A model generated the notes under the pieces. That model saw only the letters and a program-made list of their open reading frames with translations. It had not been told where the DNA came from and searched no databases. 32,423 bases of DNA from Tubiluchus corallicola (taxonomy: Eukaryota; Animalia; Priapulida): the NCBI GenBank assembly GCA_030141605.1, contig JAQGDQ010001618.1:1-32423 (forward strand), read 5' to 3'. Positions 13,075-23,337 of this stretch are shown here, piece by piece. The translations under genes were made by a program, and so were the position numbers. Positions within the stretch are counted from its first letter, which is position 1. Every line of letters begins with the position of its first letter.

Positions 13075-13769
13075 CTAAAACATTTCAATCAAAAACGGTA
13101 CTGTACATTACATTAATGCACAACAAAAAATTCCACTTACATAAAGCTTAAAAAATCCGCCTTGAAATTTTATACCAGTTACGTACTACATTGTTTCATG
13201 CAGGGCTTGCATCGGCAGTAACGCTGTATCAAACTTGTACATTTAAATTCCCGGGATGACCGTTAGGTACAGCCATTTTAATGGTAGGTCGTTTGAAACA
13301 AGTTTTGATAACATTAAGTAAAGTTTGAAAAAATCATCAGAGCATTCGTAGCACACATGTTACTAACTAAATGAAATTTTTAATTATTGCATCTTGTCAA
13401 TAAGATTAAAAATACGTTTTTGGTTAGCGAGTGGCGCGCCCTGGATGGTGAGTCAGCAACATTTTACAAATTGGCACGAACATTTTAAATTATTGTTTCT
13501 AATTACATAAGTCTTTCCAGCAGGTAAGTAAAATGCTAAGTAATAGAGATTTGCATGGGAAGTTTTTATGACATAATTTAACATTTAATATCATCACACT
13601 TATTGGCATGTCATAGGAACCTGTGAGACAGGAACCAATTTATTAGACTTCAGCCAAAACGTTAGCCCCAATAACCAGCTAAATCTAATATCCAAAAATA
13701 AAATTGTTTAATTAGCACATTCACCATATAATATACATTCTTTATATATTTGAGCTGTTCTATGTGAAC

Positions 13770-13998
13770 TTTACTTAATTATACATTAGTATGTAGAGTG
13801 ATTTACTAGCAGGATCTTGCTTGGGAACAAGAAAAAATGAACTAGGTAAGGTTCTAGTCAGCTGTTCAAACGTTTGCTATTACAATAGCATGGGCTGCGT
13901 TGCATTGTCAAGTGTACACAAATGCGCTGTCTGGAACACTTAACCTTTGACCTTTTCACGATCATCATCAATTGCAGGCACAGTGAAAAGGCTTATTG
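13770..13998 (+). repeat. Dispersed repeat of about 230 bp, copy 1 (copy 2 at 17380-17613)
   Basis: Shared blocks tttacttaattat..., gagtgatttactagcaggatcttg, tgaactaggtaaggttct, cacttaacctttgac, gtgaaaaggcttattg. Confidence 0.85.
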
Positions 13999-16196
13999 GT
14001 GGTAAGCAGCAACTGAGTTGCAGCAAGTTGCAAACAATGCTTAGGTTGCTGCAATCATTGGAACTGGGTGGGTACGGAATGCCGTTAGTAGAACACTAGT
14101 AACTCATTGGAACTCAGTTGCTTTGCATCGAAAGCCTGCAGATACACATTGAACTGGTGGCATAGAGTACGCTGCCAGTTGCCAAGACTCCAGTTGTTCT
14201 CAGTTGCTTTGCATCACAAGCCTGCAGATACACTTGGAACTGCCGACATACCATATGCTGCCAGTTGCCAAGACTCCAGTTCTTCTCAGTTGCTTTGCAT
14301 CGCAAGCCTGCAGGTACACTTTGAACTGGTGGCATAGAGTATGCTGCCAGTTACCAAGACTCCAGTTGTTCTCAGTTGCTTTGCATCGCAAGCCTGCAGG
14401 TACACTTTGAACTGGTGGCATAGAGTATGCTGCCAGTTACCAAGACTCCAGTTGTTGTCAGTTGCTTTGCATCGCAAGCCTGCAGGTACACTTGGAACTG
14501 GTGGCATAGAGTACGCTGCCAGTTGCCAAGACTTCAGTTGTTCTCAGTTGCTTTGCAACGCAAGCCTGCAGGTACACATTGAACTGGTGGCATAGAGTAC
14601 GCTGCCAGTTGCCAAGACTTCAGTTGTTCTCAGTTGCTTTGCATCGCAAGCCTGCAGGTACACTTTGAACGGTGGCATAGAGTACGCTGCCAGTTGCCAA
14701 GACTCCAGTTGTTCTCAGTTGCTTTGCATCGCAAGCCTGCAGGTACACATTGAACTGTTGGCATAGAGTACGCTGCCAGTTGCCAAGACTTCAGTTGTTC
14801 TCAGTTGCTTTGCAACGCAAGCCTGCAGGTACACATTGAACTGGTGGCATAGAGTACGCTGCCAGTTGCCAAGACTTCAGTTGTTCTCAGTTGCTTTGCA
14901 TTGCAAGCCTGCAGGTACACTTTGAACTGGTGGCATAGAGTACGCTGCCAGTTGCCAAGACTCCAGTTGTTCTCAGTTGCTTTGCATCGCAAGCCTGCAG
15001 ATACACTTTGAACTGGTGGCATAGAGTATGCTGCCAGTTGCCAAGACTTCAGTTGTTCTCAGTTGCTTTGCATCGCAAGCCTGCAGATACACATTGAACT
15101 GGTGGCATAGAGTACGCTGCCAGTTGCCAAGACTTCAGTTGTTCTCAGTTGCTTTGCATCGCAAGCCTGCAGGTACACATTGAACTGGTGGCATAGAGTA
15201 CGCTGCCAGTTGCCAAGACTTCAGTTGTTCTCAGTTGCTTTGCATCGCAAGCCTGCAGGTACACATTGAACTGGTGGCATAGAGTACGCTGCCAGTTGCC
15301 AAGACTTCAGTTGTTCTCAGTTGCTTTGCATCGCAAGCCTGCAGGTACACTTTGAACTGGCAGCATATCATATGCTGCCAGTTACCAAGACTCCAGTTGT
15401 TGTCAGTTGCTTTGCATCGCAAGCCTGCAGATACACTTGGAACTGGTGGCATAGAGTACGCTGCCAGTTGCCAAGACTCCAGTTGTTGTCAGTTGCTTTG
15501 CATCGCAAGCCTGCAGGTACACTTTGAAGTGGTGGCATAGAGTATGCTGCCAGTTGCCAAGACTCCAGTTGTGCTCAGTTGCTTTGCATCGCAAGCCTGC
15601 AGATACACTTGGAACTGGAGGCATAGAGTATGCTGCCAGTTGTTCTCAGTTGCTTTGCATCGCAAGCCTGCAGGTACACATTGAACTGGTGGCATAGAGT
15701 ACGCTGCCAGTTGCCAAGACTCCAGTTGTTCTCAGTTGCTTTGCATCGCAAGCCTGCAGGTACACATTGAACTGGTGGCATAGAGTATGCTGCCAGTTGC
15801 CAAGACTCCAGTTGTTCTCAGTTGCTTTGCATCGCAAGCCTGCAGATACACTTGGAACTGGTGGCATAGAGTACGCTGCCAGTTGCCAAGACTCCAGTTG
15901 TTCTCAGTTGCTTTGCATCGCAAGCCTGCAGATACACTTGGAACTGGTGGCATAGAGTATGCTGCCAGTTGCCAAGACTCCAGTTGTTCTCAGTTGCTTT
16001 GCATCGCAAGCCTACAGGTACACTTGGAACTGGCAGCACATCGTATACTGCCAGTTACCAAGACTCCAGTTGCATTGCATCGCAAGCCTGATACCCATCG
16101 CATCGCAAAAAGGTCAAAGGTTAAGTGTACCAGACAATGCATTTGTGTACACTTGATACTTCACATTTTCATTTGTGTACACTTGACACTTCACCC
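13906..16196. mobile_element. Non-autonomous TIR (foldback/MITE-like) element enclosing 86-bp array B
   Basis: Inverted repeats of about 55 bp at 13906-13962 (tgtcaagtgtacacaaatgcgctgtctggaacacttaacctttgaccttttcacgat) and about 16102-16158. The outer end of the right arm is re-duplicated at 16170-16196. No clear TSD, so the superfamily is not assigned. Confidence 0.7.
14113..16090. repeat. 86-bp tandem array B (about 50% GC), about 23 copies, each with an internal hairpin
   Basis: Unit ctcagttgctttgcatcgcaagcctgcaggtacacattgaactggtggcatagagtacgctgccagttgccaagactccagttgtt; the ORF-track hits recur every 86 nt. Confidence 0.95.
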
Positions 16197-16272
16197 TGAA
16201 ATAAAGATTGCAATTAACCACACTCTACTGGCCAGCACAAAACAGTCAATAAAATTTGTTCTTATTGCAGAC

Positions 16273-16352
16273 CTTTGTATGACAACCTCAGCATCTGGTA
16301 GTTTGTTTAAGCTGTTGATAACTTTTATTCCGTTACCCTTGCCAGAAGCAAC
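16273..16352 (-). CDS. TTLL4: TTLL4-like exon (80 nt)
   Basis: tcttatag|VASGKGNGIKVINSLNKLPDAEVVIQ(R)|gtctgc; equivalent of PASARGIGI...VQR. Confidence 0.9.
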
Positions 16353-16872
16353 CTATAAGAAACGAGAAAATTAAATAAACCTTCATTCAGATCAAATTAG
16401 TCTGAATTAAAAGCTAATGGCAAAATAAAACGAAAATACCCTTTATTCTATCAATTCTGGCTGCTTTTGATAATTTTTGCATCCCACATTAAGCCCTCAG
16501 TCTGTACATCATTTATTATTTGAATGTACATTAGTAAACCAAGCCAGAAGAAATGATTTTTAGCACTCTGTCTACGTTAGATTCGGACTATGTTTTCTCT
16601 AACCGGGATAATAATGCTATAAATGCTTTTGCAAAATTAATGGCAAGCACGGATGAACAAAGTTATACATCGTTAATGCTAATTAAATGGCTTCAAGCAT
16701 TATCAAGTATTACTAATCCTTAAATATGTTTCTTACAAATATGAAGAATAAAAATCAAGTTAAAAAAGACTGTTCTTCATTCTAATACTGCTTTGAAATA
16801 CTGGAATTGATTAATAGGACTGAATTAATCAGCGAATCTAAGATCAATTGTTTAATGTACTAATATCTCTAC

Positions 16873-17069
16873 CGGTTTGTAAATCCATAAGTTGTCAGGT
16901 GAACTGTCATTCCAGCTTTTATAAAGCTCCAACAGCTCGTGAGGAAGGATAAACGTTTGTGGTACGAAGTCGAATGAGTCTTTCCATGTTTTAGCATCAT
17001 GTTTTTCATGATCTTCCAGAAACTGTCTTTGTGCATGGCTTCTCGATCAGACCCCGGCAGCTGATTAAA
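16873..17069 (-). CDS. TTLL4: TTLL4-like exon (197 nt, 1-nt frameshift)
   Basis: ttccag|FNQLPGSDREAMHKDSFWKIMKNMMLKHGKTH / FDFVPQTFILPHELLELYKSWNDSSPDNLWIYKP|gtagag. One T is missing on the gene strand at 16973-16974 (cat-tc instead of cat-ttc). Confidence 0.9.
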
Positions 17070-17379
17070 CTGGAATAAAAAACGGCTCATAAAACCGCAA
17101 ACCACAATTGTTTTGTAATTTTATTCCACAATACACTCAATATGGCTTCACTGAGCCATGTACATTTAGTGAAATGTATCCCTGTAGTGAGATGCTGTTC
17201 AACTGAATAAGTCTTTTCACAGTTTCGTGGTGCGCACGCGCAGTTACTGCAGGTCAAAAGTTAAGTGTGCGCCACAGCAACGCGTCTTAACTACAACCGT
17301 GACTACAGTCACGTGCCATGTGTGTAAAACAAAGCCTTCTGCCATATCAGCTCAGTAACTTCAGTAGTTTTACGCGGAT

Positions 17380-17613
17380 TTTACTTAATTATGCATTAGT
17401 CTGTGCGTAGAGTGATTTACTAGCAGGATCTTGTCTGAGAACAAGAAAAATGAACTAGGTAAGGTTCTGGCTACCTGCTAAAACGGTTACTATTACAATA
17501 GCTTGGGACGCGAGGTGTTGTCAAGTGCACCACAAATGTGATGTCTGGTACACTTAACCTTTGACATTTTCACGATCATCACCAATCGATTGCAACTGTG
17601 AAAAGGCTTATTG
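17380..17613 (+). repeat. Dispersed repeat of about 230 bp, copy 2, including a left-TIR-like sequence
   Basis: Aligns by eye with 13770-13998. Confidence 0.85.
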
Positions 17614-18223
17614 ACACATACAATGTCGCCACTTCGTGATAATGTAGGTAGTGTACGTAGTAATCAGACAGTAACAGGAATACATCTTCAGCCCATATCC
17701 CATTTGTTGTGTGGCATGCTATACTAAGACTGTTGAGTTTGCAAATTAGCTCGTGAACAAAAGATGGACATAAAGAATGACAAACTGCCGTCAAACAGAG
17801 AGAAGAGTCAAAATAACAGGTTATTGGCCATATTAAAAGACATATTTTTAACCTTGATTACCCGCTTTTTTTCATTAGTTAGTGTAGACTTAATGCCTAC
17901 ACGGGACACACAGTCTGATTTCAATGCACAACTGCAATTAAAATCCTACTGAGGGTTCGAATAAAATCAAAGTGCAACTTTTGCCTCTCTGTCAGTCTGT
18001 CCGTCTGCTCGCTCATCTGTTTGCTCAGCCATTATTTGTTATTTTGACTGTTCTCTCTGTTTGTCGGCAGTTTGTCATTCTGTGTGTCCATCTTTTTTCG
18101 CATTTCTGTTTGTCTATTTGTCTATTTCTTGTATCGTCAGGAATGAATATAACACATTTATCACCACAACACCCGCAAACGTGTTTGGGAAAGTTCAGCA
18201 ATTCAGTAACGAATACTGATGGG

Positions 18224-18997
18224 CAGTACCGGCTCGAAGCTAAAATTAGTGGGATGCCATGTTTTAGTACTGTGTAAAATTTTTAGCCATTGTTTTAGTA
18301 TTGTGTAAAATTTTTGGCCATTGTTTTAGAACTGTGTAAAATTTTTGGCCATTGTTTTAATACTGTGTAAAATTTTTGGTCATTGTTTTAATACTGTGTA
18401 AAATTTTTGTCCATTGTTTTAATACTGTGTAAAATTTTTGGCCATTGTTTTAATACTGTGTAAAATTTTTGGCCATTGTTTTAATACTGTGTAAAATTTT
18501 TAGCCATTGTTTTAATACTGTGTAAAACGAAACGTGTGTAATTTCAATGTTGAAATTTGTAATTGTAGTTTTAAACAAAGAAGCAAATGGAAGTTTATAC
18601 TTCCGTAGTTTACTTCCGAAGTTTTTGCTTGATAAGATCCTAAACAAAAAGACATCCTAATTTTTTGCTTACTAATAACCTGAATTGTCAGTTCAAGCTT
18701 GATCCATTCACGGTAAGCACGTGACAACTGACAAGAAATTGTTTGAGCGACAGTACTTTCTCTCCCTGAGCTCAGACATGTGTAAATGGCGCATGCGCAC
18801 AACAGCCAAACAGCGCATTCCTAGAGCGCATTGTGCTGGGCTGTGAAGCAAACAGTACTATCCTCACGCGTTCTGGTTCCGTGCAAGTATAAAGAAAGAA
18901 CTAAAGAGAAAAGACATCATATTAAAAATTCTCGATAATATTGAGTGAAAATAGGGTGTGCTGCAGCTCCACGGTACCTATACACGAGCCGCCACTA
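18224..18997 (-). mobile_element. hAT-type MITE, copy 2, with an internal 31-bp array
   Basis: Termini cagtaccggctc...gagccgccacta; 8-bp flanks ctgatggg/ctgatgga (7/8 match, TSD); colinear with 24250-24707. Confidence 0.85.
18260..18526. repeat. 31-bp minisatellite, about 8.5 copies, inside MITE copy 2
   Basis: Unit ttgttttaatactgtgtaaaatttttggcca. Confidence 0.93.
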
Positions 18998-19015
18998 CTG
19001 ATGGAATCTATTTAC

Positions 19016-19098
19016 CTTTTTATGTCTTTGCTGCAAGTCTCGCCATTGTTGTCTACGGAAAGTCGTACAAGAATAAACCAACCAGTTATGTCCAGCAG
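19016..19098 (-). CDS. TTLL4: TTLL4-like exon (83 nt)
   Basis: tttttcag|AGHNWLVYSCTTFRRQQWRDLQQRHKK|gtaaat; phases 1/0 fit both neighbours; divergent equivalent of the 'DW...WG...HQK' exon. Confidence 0.8.
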
Positions 19099-19362
19099 CT
19101 GAAAAATACATATAAATACATATACATACGTATACATATATATACTTTATTTGTCATAAAATAGATCACAATTAAATCACAGTCCTCAGTGTTAAAAATA
19201 TGTTCGCTACTAAACCACTGTTAAATGCAAATTCGTTTGGTGCATAAATTTTTCCAACTATATATATATAGAAGCCCCTAGCGTGTAAAGGTACATAGGT
19301 TTTCAAGTTAGATTAAAGATGATTGAAAAATAATGCAGTTCTAGCCTTACGTTTCAGCTTAC

Positions 19363-19467
19363 TTGTTAATTTAAAATTTGAATTTTCTGCTATTTTCTGA
19401 ACGAAACCAGCATTTCCACAGTATTTCCATCTCAATTTCTTCTTTTCGGAACTTGGCAACTCCTCAA
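19363..19467 (-). CDS. TTLL4: TTLL4-like exon (105 nt)
   Basis: ttcgcag|(V)EELPSSEKKKLRWKYCGNAGFVQKIAENSNFKLT|gtaagc; TTLL4 'VE.LP...R..LRWK...S.FK' block. Confidence 0.88.
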
Positions 19468-19480
19468 CTGCGAATGGCAA

Positions 19481-20863
19481 AAAAAACTTAGAATAAACTA
19501 AACATTTTAAATAACAAAAACTTAGAATAAACTAGAGATTTTAAATAACAAAAACTTTGAATGAACTAGCCATTATACAATAACAAAAACTTAGGATAAA
19601 CTAGACATTTTAAGTAACAAAAACTTACAATGAACTAGCCATTATACAATAACAAAAACTTAGAATAAACTAGCCATTATACAATAACAAAAACTTAGAA
19701 TAAACTAGACATTTTAACTAACAAAAACTTAGAATAAACTAACCATTAACTAATAACAAAAACTTAGAATAAACTAGACATTTTAAATAACAAAAACTTA
19801 GAATAAACTAGACATTATACAATAACAAAAACTTAGAATAAACTAGAGATTTTAAATAACAAAAACTTACAATGAACTAGCCATTATACAATAACAAAAA
19901 CTTAGAATAAACTAGACATTTTAAATAACAAAAACGTAGAATAAACTAGCCATTATACAATAACAAAGACTTAGAATAAACTAGACATTTTAACTAACAA
20001 AAACTTAGAATAAACTAACCATTAACCAATAACAAAAACTTAGAATAAACTAGACATTTTAAATAACAAAAACTTAGAATAAACTAGACATTATACAATA
20101 ACAAAAACGTAGTATAAACTAGACATTTTAAATAACAAAAACTTAGAATAAACTATACATTATACAATAACAAAAACTTAGAATAAACTAGACATTTTAA
20201 ATAACAAAAATTTGGAATAAACTAGCCATTATACAATAACAAAAACTTAGAATAAACTAGACATTTTAAATAACAAAAACTTAGAATAAACTAGACATTA
20301 TACAATAACAAAAACTTAAAATAAACTAGATATTTTAAATAACAAAAACTTAGAATAAACTATTCATTATACAATAACAAAAACTTAGAATAAACTAGAC
20401 ATTTTAAATAACAAAAATTTGGAATAAACTAGCCATTATACAATAACAAAAACTTAGAATAAACTAGACATTTTAACTAACAAAAACTTAGAATAAACTA
20501 ACCATTAACCAATAACAAAAACTTAGAATAAACTAGACATTTTAAATAACAAAAACTTAGAATAAACTAGACATTATACAATAACAAAAACGTAGTATAA
20601 ACTAGACATTTTAAATAACAAAAACTTAGAATAAACTATACATTATACAATAACAAAAACTTAGAATAAACTAGACATTTTAAATAACAAAAATTTGGAA
20701 TAAACTAGCCATTATACAATAACAAAAACTTAGAATAAACTAGACATTTTAAATAACAAAAACTTAGAATAAACTAGACATTATACAATAACAAAAACTT
20801 AAAATAAACTAGATATTTTAAATAACAAAAACTTAGAATAAAATAGATATTTTAAATAACAAA
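19481..20863. repeat. 34/35-bp A-rich minisatellite, about 40 copies, with higher-order structure
   Basis: Units aaaaacttagaataaactagacattttaaataac (34 bp) and ...cattatacaataac (35 bp), largely alternating. Confidence 0.95.
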
Positions 20864-21195
20864 TTTAAGACAGCGGATTCCAGCAACAGATCAATGAATG
20901 TTGAGGTAATTCACTTTAATTACTACGTTTTAAACTACATAATATTAACCAAAATAAAATACAAAATAAAAACCAATATAATCTACATAATAATAGCCAA
21001 TATAAACTACATAATAATAACCAATGTATAGACCTTTTCTCTGTATATTTCAGTATAGACCTTAATGAACAAGAATGGAAAGGTAAAATAAAATCAGTAG
21101 GCCTTGCATGTAGCCCAAAATGTAATTTTCGAATTTGTAGTAGTAGTTTAATAGGTTACAAAAACCTAAAAAAGTAGATTGTGTTTATATGATAC

Positions 21196-21363
21196 CTATC
21201 TGCCCATTTAAGCCAAAGTTGATTACAGGTGCAACATTGGTAAAGAGGCTGGGAATGAGTGCAGGTATTATCCGAGGACATTCGTCAGTCAGTGAGTCAT
21301 TCCAGAGCACAGCCATAGTTCTACCAGGACCTGGTACGTCAGTCCAAACTCTGCCATCGTATT
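21196..21363 (-). CDS. TTLL4: TTLL4-like exon (168 nt), most 5' exon with clear homology
   Basis: cttttcag|YDGRVWTDVPGPGRTMAVLWNDSLTDECPRIIPALIPSLFTNVAPVINFGLNGQI|gtatca; 'L..SLF.NV.P.I.FG' TTLL4 motif. Confidence 0.88.
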
Positions 21364-21494
21364 CTGAAAAGCAGGATACATGTGTGAGCTTCATGAAAAT
21401 CATGTTAAGACTTGCTTAATTAACTGACTGATTAATTAACTTGACTGCGTCTTACAGAATAAAGACTAGCTTAGACTAGCAGGCTTAGATCGAT

Positions 21495-21716
21495 CTTGCG
21501 ATGCAAAGCAACTGAGAATAACTGGAGTCTTGGCAACTGGCAGCATATCTTATGCTGCCAGTTCCAAGTGTATCTGTAGGCTTGGGATGCAACACAATGC
21601 AATGCAACTGAGTTCCAATGAGTTAGTAGTGTTATACTAACAATGACATTCCACACAGTTCCAATGATCGCAGCAACCTAAGCATTGTTTGCAACTTGCT
21701 GCAACTCAGTTGCTGC
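21495..21716 (-). mobile_element. Inverted fragment of the array-B element: unique leader plus about one 86-bp unit
   Basis: The reverse complement matches about 14006-14220 (gcagcaactgagttgcagcaagttgcaaacaatgcttaggttgctgc...gttgccaagactccagtt). Confidence 0.88.
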
Positions 21717-21719
21717 CTA

Positions 21720-21950
21720 CTATTATTGCAATTCATAATTGACGTTAAGGATGTAAAGTCAACATTGTTGAATCTTCTTCTAGTTTCAGCTGGTAAATGA
21801 CTGGATTTCTCCACAATTGCAGAGTCTCTGTCTTCTATCTACGTAGCGCCATCTATCGGTATTAACTTTCAAATAGTGCAGCTGGAGTCTCAATCGCGTA
21901 TAGGCAATGCCGTGCATCTCAAGTGTGGAATAACGGGTGCTATTAATATA
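21720..21950 (-). mobile_element. Decayed 3' end of a LINE ORF2 (probably CR1/L2 group)
   Basis: Minus frame IAYTRLRLQLHYLKVNTDRWRYVDRRQRLCNCGEIQS, then after a shift ETRRRFNNVDFTSLTSIMNC; resembles the 'TRxRL..H.L.IETGRW...R..RLC.CG.IQ' C-terminus of non-LTR RT proteins. Confidence 0.65.
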
Positions 21951-22038
21951 ACAAGAGATACAGGCTCAATGTCTACATTAGAGCAACAGAATAAGGAGAA
22001 AAATCAAGCATTTCTAATACAATTTTTCTGTGATTTAC

Positions 22039-22217
22039 CATTTCTGCTCCTATTTTTTCCAATTGAAATATTTTTATCAGAAATGTTGTGCAACACGTAA
22101 CGAAATAATGAAAACGGTAAAATAAACGCATTAATTAATTAACGACATGTAAAAGTTTGTGGTGTGACTTATTATGCAAAAAACTAATAATTTACGAGAG
22201 CGTTCAATTGTCGCCAT
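22039..22217 (-). other. Candidate first coding exon of the TTLL4-like gene (needs one frame correction)
   Basis: gccATGG start at 22217 and donor aatg|gtaaat at 22039. Removing one TTAA unit at about 22131-22142 gives MATIERSRKLLVFCIISHTTNFYMSLINAFILPFSLFRYVLHNISDKNISIGKNRSRN(E) in the phase needed by the exon at 21363. No homology support. Confidence 0.3.
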
Positions 22218-22223
22218 GGCGAC
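22210..22223. promoter_or_regulatory. Perfect 14-bp palindrome GTCGCCATGGCGAC, RFX X-box-like
   Basis: Close to the X-box consensus GTNRCCATGGYAAC; lies at the 5' end of the TTLL4-like gene, between divergently oriented genes. Confidence 0.45.
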
Positions 22224-22376
22224 GCCATGACAAATAATGCATTCTTTTCAGAGGAATGTCCAGCATCCACAGCTTCCAAACAAAAGAATTTCTTGCAAAG
22301 TATCATAAAGTTAGTATCCTAAAGACAAAACTTTTTAGGAAGAGGTAAGGGAGTAACGAAAACCTAGTCTGTTTCT

Positions 22377-22455
22377 GTCTTTCTTTCCTCTTTTCTATTG
22401 TTTCTTCCTTCTGTCGCTCTTTCTCTCTCTCTCTATCTCTCTCTTTCACCCTCTC

Positions 22456-22500
<45 letters not shown>

Positions 22501-22620
22501 TTCACCCTCTCTCTCTTTCTTTCTTTTTCTCTGTCTCTTTCGCTCTCTCTTTCTTTCACACACACACACTCTCTCTCTCTCACTTTCTCTCGCTCTTTTC
22601 TCTTTCGTTCCCTCTCTCTG
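22377..22620. repeat. (CT)n/(CA)n-rich microsatellite
   Basis: Directly visible. Confidence 0.9.
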
Positions 22621-23018
22621 ACCCTCTTATCTATCTTCTCTCGTTTTTTATTCTTCTATTTTTTATTTCACTTATAAATCTGATGATGCAATGCGTCTGT
22701 CCTTTCTTTCAACACAGAATAACAGATTTGCTCAGCAATGCCGTTCATCCGGTTCATCTGGCAATGAAAATTTTCCGTTGACGTGGTTCGTTGGTTCGTC
22801 CAGTAAAACAGCTCAAATGGCCCATATACGTTTGCCAACAAACTTTCAAATATAAATGAGAAAAGTGTGTAATAAAGTAAATAAAGTAAACAGAACTTAT
22901 ATTTAATCAATAGTTTTTATGACTAAGAAAGTAACGAGAGAGTCACTCTTATAACTTGATCATACGCTTAACAACCAACGTGTTAATGAAATGTATGAAT
23001 GGACCTTTACACCTTTGA

Positions 23019-23305
23019 CTTCTTTCTTTTCCCTTTCCTTTTTTGCATGGTTTCTTTTCTTTTTTCTGTTATTTTTTCTTCTGTTTTTTCTTTCCTTCTC
23101 TTTCCTTTTCTTTTCTTGTCTTGTATTTTGTTTTCTTTTCTTTTCTTTCATTTCGTTTTCTTTTCTTTCCTTTTCTCCTCTTTTCTCCTCTTCTCTTTTC
23201 TTATATTTTCTTTTGTTTTTTCTGTTCCTTTCTTCTCTTTTCATTTCTTTTCTTTTCTGCTCTTCTCTTCCTTTTCTTTTCTTTCATTCTTTTTTTTCCT
23301 TTCCC
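23019..23305. repeat. (TTTTC)n-like polypyrimidine tract
   Basis: Directly visible; ends just before the acceptor ttttaccag at 23337. Confidence 0.9.
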
Positions 23306-23337
23306 AATTTTAACTTTCCTTTTGAAACTTTTACCAG

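Noticed and set aside
11355-16090. CRISPR-like appearance of the regular arrays
   Set aside because: Units are head-to-tail with no unique spacers, there are no cas genes, and the context is spliceosomal introns.
14107-16374. Cluster of 60-195 aa ORFs (MPPV..., ML...)
   Set aside because: Artefacts of an 86-bp unit (not a multiple of 3) cycling through frames; the tail of ORF 15787..16374 is antisense to a real exon.
16869-16910. HLTTYG in ORF 16869..17105 as the TTL HLTN motif
   Set aside because: It is out-of-frame text after the frameshift; the true motif (HITN) is in exon 10627-10743.
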